A stretch of DNA of 64,000 nucleotides from a virus: the IMG/VR virus record IMGVR_UViG_3300033156_000392, positions 1-64,000 of that record, one strand, 5' to 3'. The position numbers and the translations under genes are program-made. The notes below the pieces were generated by a model that was given only the letters and a program-made list of their open reading frames with translations, was not told the origin of the DNA and searched no databases. Every line of letters starts with the position of its first letter. Position 1 is the first letter of the stretch. Below, piece after piece: positions 1-9,102 of this stretch.

Positions 1-1
1 C

Positions 2-1654
2 GAGTATTTGCTCAAGAATATCGGAAAAGGATTCAGAGCAGAAGAAAAAAGTCGTCAACCCCCTTCTTGGATTAGTGTCTCCGGGGTGGTCAAACCTGGT
101 GAGGTGGGTGCAGGAGTAAAAGTCCCGGGTGAGTTCACCATTCTGACTGGTACAGCGAAAGACAAGAAAGCCAAGTGCTGGGTGGGAACACAGAAGCCCT
201 ACTTCCACGAGTACTTCCTAAAAGACTCTAAGTACTTCAAGGACTGGACAAGAGTCGTGATACGAGGAGTGAGAGTTCCCAAGCTCGATCCAGACACCAA
301 GCAGCCCATAAAAGGAAAGTACGAAATAATGTGGAGATTCATGATACCAAAGGATCAAATGCCGTACGCTCTCTCTGAGAGAGCCATGAAGAAGGGATGG
401 AAGCCGCCAAAGGGTGTGGTTCCCTTCCCGGAGGAGTGGGCTAGAGAGAAGTTCTCTGAGCGATACGAGAAGTGGAAGGAGTACATGAAGAAGAAAGAGG
501 CTGCCGCTCTCTCCAGAGCCAAAATAGTGATCAAAGAGCACTCTTGGATGGGCCCTGTCCACGTCAGAGCTACTCCCGTCCGAGAGTATCATCTTCTGAT
601 AGACGACGGGAAAGAGAAAGTGATGGACTTCATGTCTCTCCAGAACCCTGTCTTCGAGTTCCCTGCAGCTTTTACCTTTGAAGGGAGAGTTTCCAAGAAA
701 TGGATGGACTTTGAAGGAAAACTGAGACCAGGACAGTTCTGGAACTCTCTAAAAGAGATGAAATCCAACGTCTTAACAATATTCGAGTCCTCTGTTACAC
801 TGGAACGAGAAAAGGAGGATGGCCTGACCGTATTTTACCTTAAAATACCCAAACTTGGCTCTATCAGGCTCAAGCAGGAAGAAGCTGGCTCCGTCTTCTA
901 TGAGTGGTCGAAGGAGAGTGAGATGGAGGAGAGACAGGGCTTCTTCGTTCTCGACAAGCATTCTATGGGGGGCGGAGAGCACTACGACGTGAGATTCAAG
1001 CTCCCGGACTGGGGATATCTGATGGAGGCTACTGGGATGGAGGAAGACCCCTCTAAGAAAGAGAAAGGAGAGAGACAGAGAGTCGTTTTCAAGCACTGCT
1101 TCGACTTGGAGTGGCTGAACAAGGAGTTTAAGAAAGGAAAGAGAAAGGTTGCGGGAGAGTGGACAGAAGTAGAGAGGCTGGATCAAGGCGAATTCACTCT
1201 TCTTGAGCAGAATCCCTACTTCTGGAGCTTCATATTCGCTGGGAGAAAGCTACGTGGTTACTATGCGTTAAAGAAAGAAGGAGGAAAGTGGTATTTCTTC
1301 AAGAGTAGACTTCCTTCAGCTCTCTCAGATCCTCTGAAAGGGGAGCCTCTCTCTCCACCAAGAGTCACTGAGAAGAAAGGGTGGCCATACTTCAGGGTCG
1401 ACATATACGATCCAAGAGACTTCACCAGGACCGAGCCTGACGAGAAAGTGTCTCTCTACTTGAAAGACGTCAAAGTTCCAGAGGGAGTGAAAGTGCTGAT
1501 TGGTCTGTATCCAAGGCCGGACAGAATTCACGGAGCGAGAGTGATGTCCGTCTTCTTCGACACAGACAAGTGGAGCAAGGAGGAGGCCCTCGAGTGGATA
1601 AAGAAGAACAAGCTGGCGGAGAAGGAGTGGGACATGGTCAGGCGAAAGGCTTAA
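2..1654 (+). CDS. C-terminal part (5'-truncated) of a large multidomain protein with repeated LigD 3'-phosphoesterase-like domains
   Basis: The frame is open from the window edge. FVLDKHSMGGGEHYDVRF resembles the LigD PE H-x-H-x-D-x-R motif. Further PE-like segments: WMDFEGKLRPG, VVKPGEVGAG and GRKLRGYYALKK..W. Confidence 0.6.
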   Translation, partial: EYLLKNIGKGFRAEEKSRQPPSWISVSGVVKPGEVGAGVKVPGEFTILTGTAKDKKAKCWVGTQKPYFHEYFLKDSKYFKDWTRVVIRGVRVPKLDPDTKQPIKGKYEIMWRFMIPKDQMPYALSERAMKKGWKPPKGVVPFPEEWAREKFSERYEKWKEYMKKKEAAALSRAKIVIKEHSWMGPVHVRATPVREYHLLIDDGKEKVMDFMSLQNPVFEFPAAFTFEGRVSKKWMDFEGKLRPGQFWNSLKEMKSNVLTIFESSVTLEREKEDGLTVFYLKIPKLGSIRLKQEEAGSVFYEWSKESEMEERQGFFVLDKHSMGGGEHYDVRFKLPDWGYLMEATGMEEDPSKKEKGERQRVVFKHCFDLEWLNKEFKKGKRKVAGEWTEVERLDQGEFTLLEQNPYFWSFIFAGRKLRGYYALKKEGGKWYFFKSRLPSALSDPLKGEPLSPPRVTEKKGWPYFRVDIYDPRDFTRTEPDEKVSLYLKDVKVPEGVKVLIGLYPRPDRIHGARVMSVFFDTDKWSKEEALEWIKKNKLAEKEWDMVRRKA

Positions 1655-1692
1655 AAAAGAGGAGAAGAAAGGTGTGATATGGAGGTGTAGGT

Positions 1693-2676
1693 GTGGACTT
1701 TCCCAGGCCGGACGACAGGCTTGAGCATCACCTGATAGGAGTGGGCAAAGTAGCTTTCAACACCGTCTACGAGTCACTTGGTGAGGATCCTCTGGTCATA
1801 CGTGGGATAGCCATCACTCAAGGGAAGTGGAACGGCCTCTACTACCCCTCAGAGGTTCTAAAGAAAGTCTCGAACAGCAAGAGAAAGCTTCCCATACTCG
1901 TGGAGCATGCTAGGACAGCCAAGTTCCTGGACTCTCCGGTCGGCTACGTGAGAACGTGGAAGTATGACGACACCATAAAAGGTATCATATTCGATGCTGT
2001 CATCAGTGACGAGGGAGTCAAGGAGCTGATCAAGGGAGGGAAGCTCCCAGGAGTGTCTATTTCGGCATACGTCGAAACCAGACCAGAGAACTCCCATGAG
2101 GTCGTGACGGACTTGGTCATGAGAGAGCTCTCTCTGGTGAAGAACCCAGCGTGTCACGTCTCCCTGATAGCCTTTAATAGGAGAAACGGTAATGTAAAAC
2201 TGGGAGGTGGAGATAGAATGTCTGAACAGGAACTCTCGGAGATCGAGTACTTGGAGGACTTGGAGAGAGACGAAGTGGAGGAGGCCAAGAAAAGGAAGAG
2301 AGGGTATCCATACTACCCGTACCCCTATCCATACCCGGGGTACGGCTATCCGTATCCCTATCCGTATCCGTACTACTACGGATATCCGGGTAGGAAGGGA
2401 CGATATCCCTATCCGTATGGATATCCAAGGAAGAAGCTCTCTGAGGAAGAGGAGGAGCTTCTGATGTCCTTCCTTGCAGAGATCGAGGAAGAGCTGCAGA
2501 AGACTTTCAAGTGCCCAGCATGCGGGAAGGAGTTCAACACGTGGAGAGACTTCTTCATACACTGGCAGAAAGAGCATGCCGAGGAGTACGGCGTCTACAA
2601 GAAAAAAGAAGAGTCCTCTGAGCTGAAGACTCTGTCCGAGAGGATAGAAGCCTTGGAGAAGAAGCTCGGCCTATGA
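1693..2676 (+). CDS. HK97-type prohead maturation protease fused to a scaffold-like C-terminus (Tyr-Pro repeat, C2H2 finger, coiled coil)
   Basis: Motifs PILVEH...PVG, GVSIS and ELSLVKNPAC; lies upstream of MCP; RBS GGAGGTG. Confidence 0.85.
   Translation: MDFPRPDDRLEHHLIGVGKVAFNTVYESLGEDPLVIRGIAITQGKWNGLYYPSEVLKKVSNSKRKLPILVEHARTAKFLDSPVGYVRTWKYDDTIKGIIFDAVISDEGVKELIKGGKLPGVSISAYVETRPENSHEVVTDLVMRELSLVKNPACHVSLIAFNRRNGNVKLGGGDRMSEQELSEIEYLEDLERDEVEEAKKRKRGYPYYPYPYPYPGYGYPYPYPYPYYYGYPGRKGRYPYPYGYPRKKLSEEEEELLMSFLAEIEEELQKTFKCPACGKEFNTWRDFFIHWQKEHAEEYGVYKKKEESSELKTLSERIEALEKKLGL
2305..2427 (+). repeat. Low-complexity coding repeat (TAYCCN)n encoding a Tyr-Pro/Gly tract
   Basis: Encodes YPYYPYPYPYPGYGYPYPYPYPYYYGYPG...YPYPYGYP. 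Confidence 0.9.
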
Positions 2677-2709
2677 AGATCATCCATAAACAATAGGGAG
2701 GTGATATAA

Positions 2710-3252
2710 ATGGCTGAAGAAGGAAAGACAGTGGCTGAGAGACTGGATGCTCTGGAGAAGAAAGTAGACGAGATTCTGAAGAAGGCTTCCGCCGTCTCTT
2801 CCACGGAGGAAAAGGAAGAGAAAGCAGAGGAGAGGAAGGAAGACGAGGGAGAGAAAGTCGAGAAGAAGGAGGAGAAAGCGGAAGAAAAGACAGAGACGGA
2901 AGCGGAGAAGACAGAGGAAACAAAGACTGAGGAGAAGGAGAGTGCCCATGAGAAGAAAGAGGAAGAGACGTCTTCTGAGACTCCTAAGAAGGAGAGTGAG
3001 CCAGTGAAAGAGGAGAAGAAGGAAGAGAGTGGCACAACGGAGGAAAAAGACGTGCAAGAGACTCCAAAAGAGGAAAAGAAGGAAGAGAAAGTCTCAGAGG
3101 AGAAAAAAGAGAGCAAAGAGGTAACTACAGAGGCACCCGCTCCAGCGAAGGAAGAGAAGGAAGAGGAACGGAAGACAGGGGAGAAAGTAGACACAAAGGG
3201 TCTTACAGCCGCAGAAGTCATCATTGGGCACTACAGGAGGAAGAAGCATTGA
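2710..3252 (+). CDS. Acidic E/K-rich putative scaffolding protein
   Basis: Lies between protease and MCP; N-terminal coiled coil, disordered E/K middle; RBS GGAGGTGA. Confidence 0.65.
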   Translation: MAEEGKTVAERLDALEKKVDEILKKASAVSSTEEKEEKAEERKEDEGEKVEKKEEKAEEKTETEAEKTEETKTEEKESAHEKKEEETSSETPKKESEPVKEEKKEESGTTEEKDVQETPKEEKKEEKVSEEKKESKEVTTEAPAPAKEEKEEERKTGEKVDTKGLTAAEVIIGHYRRKKH

Positions 3253-3257
3253 CCGAT

Positions 3258-3431
3258 ATGACTGAGCTGGAAGAGAGGATAGAGGAGCTTGAGGAAAGGA
3301 TCAGGAAGCTTGAGGAGCTTCTGGAGCGTCCGGTGGTCCTTTCTGCAAGAGACGAGCCCCTTGAGCCCGAATTGGAGAACATAACGGCTGGAGAGGCTCT
3401 TTTCAGAGCAAGAAGTAGTGGAAGGCTCTAA
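3258..3431 (+). CDS. Small coiled-coil head-assembly protein (putative)
   Basis: ELEERIEELEERIRKLEELL heptads; C-terminal ITAGEAL resembles LTAAEVI in the upstream protein. Confidence 0.55.
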   Translation: MTELEERIEELEERIRKLEELLERPVVLSARDEPLEPELENITAGEALFRARSSGRL

Positions 3432-3486
3432 AGACACAAATAAGGTCTCTCTGTCCTCCATTTCTTCTTTTATTCTTTTTACGGGT

Positions 3487-3502
3487 AGAAAAACTTATAA
3501 AC
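3487..3502 (+). promoter_or_regulatory. BRE/TATA promoter of the major capsid gene
   Basis: AGAAAAACTTATAAAC about 35-50 nt upstream of GTG 3536, after a T-rich tract. Confidence 0.6.
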
Positions 3503-3535
3503 ACCTTTCTTTGAATTTATTCTGGAGGTGTTAAA

Positions 3536-4381
3536 GTGAAGAGTTTGGAAGAGCTAGCAACAATCACGACCACTGACATCAGCTCAGTCCTTCCGAAGAT
3601 TATCTTGGATCAGGTGGAGGCTGCAGCCAGACCGAAGAGAGTCATGAGGAGCCTTGTTCGGATCAACAGAGACTTGATCCAGACAAAGGGTCGCTCGATC
3701 TTCGTACCGAAGCGAGGGACTCTCTCTGCATCTGACGTCACTGAGGGTTCTTCACTCACTCCATCGAAGCCTTCTCCGGTCTACTCCACCGTGGAGATAG
3801 TACCGAAGAAAGTGGGAGTGGGAGTGGCAATTACTCAGGAAGCCATTGACGGTGTGGAGCTCGACGTGGTCAACGACATGATCACTGAGGCTGGTGAGGC
3901 TCTGGCTCAGAAGGAGGACACGGACATCCGTGACACCTTCCTGACGGCTGGAGTGGCTGGTCACACCATCAATGCGACTACGTCTGGGACTCTCTCGTAC
4001 GAGGACATCATCTCAGCTCGGTCTGCCATCCTGCAGTCGAACTTCAATCCACAGATTCTGGTCATCCACCCAGACCAGGAGGGTGACCTTCTGAAAGACA
4101 GCAGATTCATCGATGCATCGAAGTTCGGTGACAGAGAGCCTATTCTGAACGGTCAGATAGGAAAGGTGGCTGGGCTGAAGGTCCTGGTTTCCTCGAACAT
4201 GACGTCTGGACTTGCTCTCGTGGTCGATCCTGACAGGGCAGCCTGGATGGCGATCAAGAGAGAGACCGACGTCAAAAAGAAAGAGGAGCCCTCGACCGAC
4301 TCCGTTGAGCTCTACTTCTACAGAGAGTACGGAGTCAAAGTGGTCAACTCTGACGCTGTAGCGGTCATCTCCGGCTGCTAG
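3536..4381 (+). CDS. Major capsid protein (HK97 fold)
   Basis: 281 aa; HK97-like segments ITQEAID...ALAQKEDTD, LVIHP, NGQIGKVAGLKVLVS, YGVKVVNSDA; gene position. Confidence 0.92.
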   Translation: MKSLEELATITTTDISSVLPKIILDQVEAAARPKRVMRSLVRINRDLIQTKGRSIFVPKRGTLSASDVTEGSSLTPSKPSPVYSTVEIVPKKVGVGVAITQEAIDGVELDVVNDMITEAGEALAQKEDTDIRDTFLTAGVAGHTINATTSGTLSYEDIISARSAILQSNFNPQILVIHPDQEGDLLKDSRFIDASKFGDREPILNGQIGKVAGLKVLVSSNMTSGLALVVDPDRAAWMAIKRETDVKKKEEPSTDSVELYFYREYGVKVVNSDAVAVISGC

Positions 4382-4411
4382 AGCAGTCAACAGACTCCGG
4401 GTCTTTGAAAA

Positions 4412-4466
4412 AGTTGCCCTCTCCTCTTTTGAAGGAGAGTGGCAACTGTTTTATATTTCTTTTTTC
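4412..4466 (+). terminator. Hairpin plus T-rich tract after MCP
   Basis: AGTTGCCCTCTCCT pairs with AGGAGAG(T)GGCAACT (4412-4447), followed by T runs. Confidence 0.6.
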
Positions 4467-4493
4467 ATACCTTTCTTTGGAGGTGTGTAGCAA

Positions 4494-5159
4494 ATGCCGT
4501 ATGCTACTCCGGACGAGGTGAGAGAGCTGATCCTTGGTGTAGATGCTGAGGACGCTCCAGATCACGTCTTGAACAGATACATAGAGTACGCACAGCAGAT
4601 AGTCATTAGAGATATCTCTTCTCGTGTGATGGATGAGACTCCTACTGGGACTATAGACGGGTCAAACAAGCTCTTCCAGCTCGAGAACAAGTACTTGGCC
4701 GACCTAGATGGTGACGGAGAAGTAGGTCCGAACGACATCACGGTCAAAGGTTGGAAGTCTGATGGGACGTACGACACTCTCCAAGTTTCCAGAGTTATGT
4801 CTGATGCAGGCATGTTCGAGCTCCAGACCGCTCCAGACTCGGAGTACACGAAAATAACCGTAGACTATGCATACTACCAGAGGAAGGTCGACTACGAGCT
4901 CGTCAGACTGGCTGTACAGATATACTCAGCCGTCCTGTATCTGATTAGAGAGCACTCTCTCATGCCTCTCAAGTTCAAGATAGGAGGAAGAAAAGGTGTC
5001 GAATGGGGATACGGGTACACCTATCCCACCTACCCGTTCGATAAATTCTTGGAGAGGTACAGAGAGATCATATCTAAGCTCACCACCATGACCAGGAAGA
5101 CAGAATGGACCTCCCAGACCACTCCCCAGAGGACACCAGTGGGTGAGGACGATCCATGA
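4494..5159 (+). CDS. Head-tail adaptor protein
   Basis: Starts MPYATPDEVR, typical of adaptors; first gene after MCP. Confidence 0.7.
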   Translation: MPYATPDEVRELILGVDAEDAPDHVLNRYIEYAQQIVIRDISSRVMDETPTGTIDGSNKLFQLENKYLADLDGDGEVGPNDITVKGWKSDGTYDTLQVSRVMSDAGMFELQTAPDSEYTKITVDYAYYQRKVDYELVRLAVQIYSAVLYLIREHSLMPLKFKIGGRKGVEWGYGYTYPTYPFDKFLERYREIISKLTTMTRKTEWTSQTTPQRTPVGEDDP

Positions 5160-5536
5160 CGGTCTATCTCGGGAAGAAAGCTATAACGGTCTTGAAGAAG
5201 TACATGAAAGACAAGTTCACTCTCAGGAAGGTGACGAGAGGAGAAGATTCAGACTGGGGACAGCCTGCTATTTCTTACACGGAGTACGAAATCAGAGGAG
5301 TGGCGTATCCGATCAACTATGAGGATCTGACTTTCTACCCACCTGGAGTGGTGAAGGAAGGTGACATCCAGATCACCTTTCTCCCGAAGTACAAGATAGG
5401 AGATGAGGAGGTCGTTCCGGAGAACTTTGACAGAATAGTGTACGGAGGAGCAGAGTTCGAGATCAGAAACGTGAGAGACATGGTGGACGGTAACGTGACT
5501 ATAGCTAGGACCGCATTTGGGAGGCGACTGGAGTGA
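5156..5536 (+). CDS. Head closure protein (SPP1 gp16-like)
   Basis: Size, position and D-x-WG...DRIVYGG.EFEI pattern. Confidence 0.65.
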   Translation: MTVYLGKKAITVLKKYMKDKFTLRKVTRGEDSDWGQPAISYTEYEIRGVAYPINYEDLTFYPPGVVKEGDIQITFLPKYKIGDEEVVPENFDRIVYGGAEFEIRNVRDMVDGNVTIARTAFGRRLE

Positions 5537-5991
5537 TCACAGTCTCTGGTTCCATTCTCAAGAAGTATCCAAAGAGGTTACAGAGGCTGGTAGACCAGGG
5601 AGCATATGACGGCATCGTTCTCACGGCTTTCGATGCTGCCGTACACTTGAAGAGAGTCTGTCCGATAGGGACTTCTAGGAACGTGAAGGGGATGCTTGGA
5701 GGAATGAGGCAGGGTGGCCTCCTGAGGAGCTCGATAGCTCCAAGATTCATATCAAAGAAGCCTCCAGTCTCAGCCGTCATCATGTACAAGTACGGGAGAA
5801 TTCTAGATTTTGGGATGGCAGGGCCACACAGACACTCCGAGAGGCACAAGGACTGGGTCTGGAACTGGGTGAGGGACGAGGGAAGAAAGCTCTTTCTGAG
5901 AAACATGAGAGAGAGCATCAGAAGGGCACTCCTCAAGGGTGTGAGGAAGGAGAGGTTCGTCATAAAGATAAAAGGAACGAGGAGGAGATAG
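5533..5991 (+). CDS. Neck protein (HK97 gp10-like)
   Basis: CPIGT...GLLRSSI...YGRILDFG pattern; basic; position. Confidence 0.6.
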   Translation: MITVSGSILKKYPKRLQRLVDQGAYDGIVLTAFDAAVHLKRVCPIGTSRNVKGMLGGMRQGGLLRSSIAPRFISKKPPVSAVIMYKYGRILDFGMAGPHRHSERHKDWVWNWVRDEGRKLFLRNMRESIRRALLKGVRKERFVIKIKGTRRR

Positions 5992-5993
5992 CT

Positions 5994-6455
5994 TTGGACT
6001 TCTCAAGGAAAATGCATGAGATAGTGAGGGACTTCCTGAGAGAGAAAGTCCCGGATCCGATATCCAGAGGGAAGAACTGGATATATCCTTCATATCCAAG
6101 GGAAGACGCCACCATGCCAAGGGTGAGCATAGTCGTCATAGGGACTTCTACAGACGAGTTCGGACTCGGCTTCAAGGGGCAGAGAGTCACTTCGAGAGTG
6201 GAGGTGAGTGTCTGGATAGACTCGAGGAGAGAGGGAGTGGTGGATGGGAAAAAGTACAGAGGATCGGGGCTGAGAGAGGCTCTTGGGGACAAGATCATCA
6301 ACGTCCTTCTGGAAGGGAGACCGGAGCTTCTCCAGAAGTACGACATAAAGGACGTCAGGCTTGCCACCACGTCCGTCTACGCATACGATCCCGCAAGAGA
6401 CATATACAGGAAGGATCTCTATTTTGACTTCATATGGGACACCAAAAAGACTTAA
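5994..6455 (+). CDS. Tail terminator protein (putative)
   Basis: Directly precedes the tail tube gene; YP...PRVSI pattern. Confidence 0.6.
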   Translation: MDFSRKMHEIVRDFLREKVPDPISRGKNWIYPSYPREDATMPRVSIVVIGTSTDEFGLGFKGQRVTSRVEVSVWIDSRREGVVDGKKYRGSGLREALGDKIINVLLEGRPELLQKYDIKDVRLATTSVYAYDPARDIYRKDLYFDFIWDTKKT

Positions 6456-6494
6456 ATATCCAAAAAGAGAGTTTCTGTAGGAGGTGTAACTCCG

Positions 6495-6932
6495 ATGGTA
6501 GTTGAGAACTTACCGACTAAGGGCTGGAACGTTAAGCTGACACTCGATGGCTCAGAGGTCGGCTATGCAAGTTCGGTGTCTTGGGACGTGGCCACCAACA
6601 TCGAGGAGTACTACGAGCTTGGGTCTCCTAAGCCAGCAGTCATAGTTGAGGGCAACTACGAGGTTTCGGGGACTCTGGAGAAGGCTTTCGTCGATGCCCC
6701 TCTTCTGACCTTGATAGCTGGGTCCAGTGGTCTGAACCTTGGGCAGACTTCTCTCACTCTGACCGCCACCGCACCGAAGAACGTGGAGAGTGGGAAAGAG
6801 TACTACGAGATCACTCTCAGCGGAGTGAAGCTCGAGACTGTCTCCAACGAGTTCCCCCAAGACGGCTTTCTCACAGACTCGATAGACTTCAAAGCCACAG
6901 ACATCAAGATAGAGAAGCTGACTGCTCCTTAG
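6495..6932 (+). CDS. Tail tube (major tail) protein
   Basis: Beta-rich acidic 145 aa (VGYASSVSW...YELGS...GNYEVSGTLE); own TATA near 6451 and RBS. Confidence 0.8.
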   Translation: MVVENLPTKGWNVKLTLDGSEVGYASSVSWDVATNIEEYYELGSPKPAVIVEGNYEVSGTLEKAFVDAPLLTLIAGSSGLNLGQTSLTLTATAPKNVESGKEYYEITLSGVKLETVSNEFPQDGFLTDSIDFKATDIKIEKLTAP

Positions 6933-6962
6933 TCTGGGTGTTGAGAAACTCCAAGAAAGGAG

Positions 6963-7319
6963 GTGATAAGCGTGCAAGAAAGCATGGACAAGTTAGCGAA
7001 GCTGCTGGAGCCAATGCCCACTGGCACAGTCAAGGATCCTATTTCTTCGGTCGAGATAAAGGTCAGAGGACTGACGTTCGGTGAGATAGGAGAGATTCTG
7101 GATGCAGCAAAGTCTTCTCGTTCCAATCTGACTCTCGGTGTGGTGACAAAAGCGACTGTCGATCCTCAGCTCACGTGGGAGAAAGCGAAGAAGCTGAAGG
7201 CACCAACCGTGAACGTCATTGTTTCAAAGGTCCTGGAGCTCTCGGGTTTTACGAAGGAGCTCCTGGAAGGGCTAGAGAACTTGCCAGAGACGATTTCTGC
7301 AGAACGGCCTTCATTGTGA
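6963..7319 (+). CDS. Tail assembly chaperone (gpG-like)
   Basis: Lies between tail tube and tape measure; overlapping -1 frame ORF. Confidence 0.75.
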   Translation: MISVQESMDKLAKLLEPMPTGTVKDPISSVEIKVRGLTFGEIGEILDAAKSSRSNLTLGVVTKATVDPQLTWEKAKKLKAPTVNVIVSKVLELSGFTKELLEGLENLPETISAERPSL

Positions 7320-7453
7320 TGAGAGAGATGGGATACACCTTTCGGGAGCTCAGAGAGATGTCACCTACACAGCTAGCGTTCCTAGCGGAGTCCATAAAGC
7401 TTTATTACAAGGAGCAAGAAAGAGCTATTAGGAGAAGTAGGAGGAGAAGATAG
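7244..7453 (+). CDS. -1 frameshift extension of the tail chaperone (gpGT-like)
   Basis: In-phase slippery heptamer G GGT TTT at 7244-7250; the -1 frame encodes ...MGYTFRELREMSPTQLAFL and ends just before the tape measure gene. Confidence 0.65.
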   Translation, partial: GFYEGAPGRARELARDDFCRTAFIVMREMGYTFRELREMSPTQLAFLAESIKLYYKEQERAIRRSRRRR

Positions 7454-7455
7454 AT

Positions 7456-9102
7456 ATGCCAGCCAATCAGATAGAGGAGATTGTCAGGTTCGAGGTAGAC
7501 ATCACACAGATGGACAGAGCAATGGGCAAGATCCTGAACCAGGGTGACAGAGTAGACAGACAGATGAGATGGATAGGCAGGGACTTTCTCAGGATAGCCT
7601 CCTTCGTGAGAGAGTGGGGCAGGAAGCTCGACCAGGTCTTTGGAGCCATGCAGAAGTCCTCCCTCACTCTCGGAGCCTCGATCCAAGACATCCACTGGGC
7701 CTTTGAGGGAATAGCCGCTGAGATAGGTGACGCTCTCTCTCCCTTGTTCGACGCTCTTGGCGACACCGCTGAGAGAGTTCTCTCCTTCTTTGAAGACATG
7801 CCACAGTCTCTCAAGGCTCTGATAGGGATGGGAGTCTTGATGGGGAAGATATTCTTCTCCGTCATAGGATGGTGGCTCCAGCTTGCAGGTACTTTCATGC
7901 TCTTCCGCTTCGGAGCAATGATGCTCATGGCGGAGCTTGGTCCTCTCGGTCTCTCCTTCGGGAAGTTCGGAGGAACGATAATGGGAATCGGTAAAGTTCT
8001 GGGTGTTGTCACACCTGGGATGCAGGAGTTCATGGGCTCCGCTTTTGCTGCTAAGAACATCATGTACTCCTTCGTCAAGTCCGGGAAGCTCACGGAGGTG
8101 CAGTTCTACAAACTTCAGAAGGCTCTAGCCACTACCGGAAAAACGACCAAGTTCGTGACGGCTGTAGATTCCGGCATGATCACCAACACCAGGAGCATGT
8201 GGAGATGGATGGAGAAGGAAGGGCTGGCTGTCAGAAAGGGAACAAAGAGAATGATCGTCCTCGGAAAGACTCAGAAGAAGGTGGAGAAAGCACAGAAAGG
8301 ACTACTGTCGAATCTCGGAGGCTTCGTTCCCAAGCTGGCTGCAGGCTTCATAGGCTTCTCTCTTCTAGGATACGCTATCGAGAAGGCAATTCCTGCTCTT
8401 GAGAATCTTGGAATAGATCTATGGCTCTTCGGAGATCTCTTCGAGTGGTTCATCGAGCTGGATCCTGTGTCTATCATTCTCCTTCTCGGTGGAGCCTTCG
8501 GGATGCTGAGATATGCTCTCGGAGGAACTACTGCAGACGTCTTGACTATGATGGGTAAGTTCTGGCAGTTCTATCTCATAGCACAAGTCATAACTGGTAT
8601 CTTCAACATCTGGAAGGATGGATGGAAAGGAGTCGCAAGAGTTGTGATAGCTGTTCTGGCTCTTCTGGCTTGGCACTTCAGAGCGTTCATCATCAAGAAA
8701 GTTACCACGTGGCTGGGAGTCTTGCAAGCTACCACGTGGAAAGCTACTGCCGCTGTGTGGGGCTTGAGAGCTGCCCTGATGGGGTTGCCCTTCTTTGCAC
8801 TCTTCGCCCTTGCAGGTCTCGGTGCTGGAGCTGGTGCTCCAAGAGCTCCTGGAGGAGGTGGAATACCTGCCATTCCCGCCACAGCTTACGCACAAGGTGG
8901 TGGCTTCGTGGCAAGAGGAGGTCTGGCTGTCATACATCCGGGAGAGCTCATTCTCCCTGCTGGAGCATGGGGAGGAGGCCTTGGGAACGTCACGGTGAAC
9001 ATCCAGTCAGCCATCATTAGGGAGGAGGAAGACATAAGAAGCCTGGCTGATGAGATATCTATGGCAGTGGCTGACAGACTTAGGAGGAGAGGGAAATGGT
9101 GA
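7456..9102 (+). CDS. Tape measure protein
   Basis: Helical, A/G-rich with hydrophobic segments; C-terminal AQGGG.V..GGLAVIHPGELILP; position. Confidence 0.85.
   Translation: MPANQIEEIVRFEVDITQMDRAMGKILNQGDRVDRQMRWIGRDFLRIASFVREWGRKLDQVFGAMQKSSLTLGASIQDIHWAFEGIAAEIGDALSPLFDALGDTAERVLSFFEDMPQSLKALIGMGVLMGKIFFSVIGWWLQLAGTFMLFRFGAMMLMAELGPLGLSFGKFGGTIMGIGKVLGVVTPGMQEFMGSAFAAKNIMYSFVKSGKLTEVQFYKLQKALATTGKTTKFVTAVDSGMITNTRSMWRWMEKEGLAVRKGTKRMIVLGKTQKKVEKAQKGLLSNLGGFVPKLAAGFIGFSLLGYAIEKAIPALENLGIDLWLFGDLFEWFIELDPVSIILLLGGAFGMLRYALGGTTADVLTMMGKFWQFYLIAQVITGIFNIWKDGWKGVARVVIAVLALLAWHFRAFIIKKVTTWLGVLQATTWKATAAVWGLRAALMGLPFFALFALAGLGAGAGAPRAPGGGGIPAIPATAYAQGGGFVARGGLAVIHPGELILPAGAWGGGLGNVTVNIQSAIIREEEDIRSLADEISMAVADRLRRRGKW

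Noticed and set aside
2555-3224. Long antisense S/F/L-rich ORFs (also many on + across 28-59 kb)
   Set aside because: These are shadows of purine-rich E/K/R-coding genes on the other strand; no RBS and low-complexity products.
6495-6932. Contractile (myovirus) tail
   Set aside because: No sheath or baseplate wedge gene is recognisable around the tube gene.
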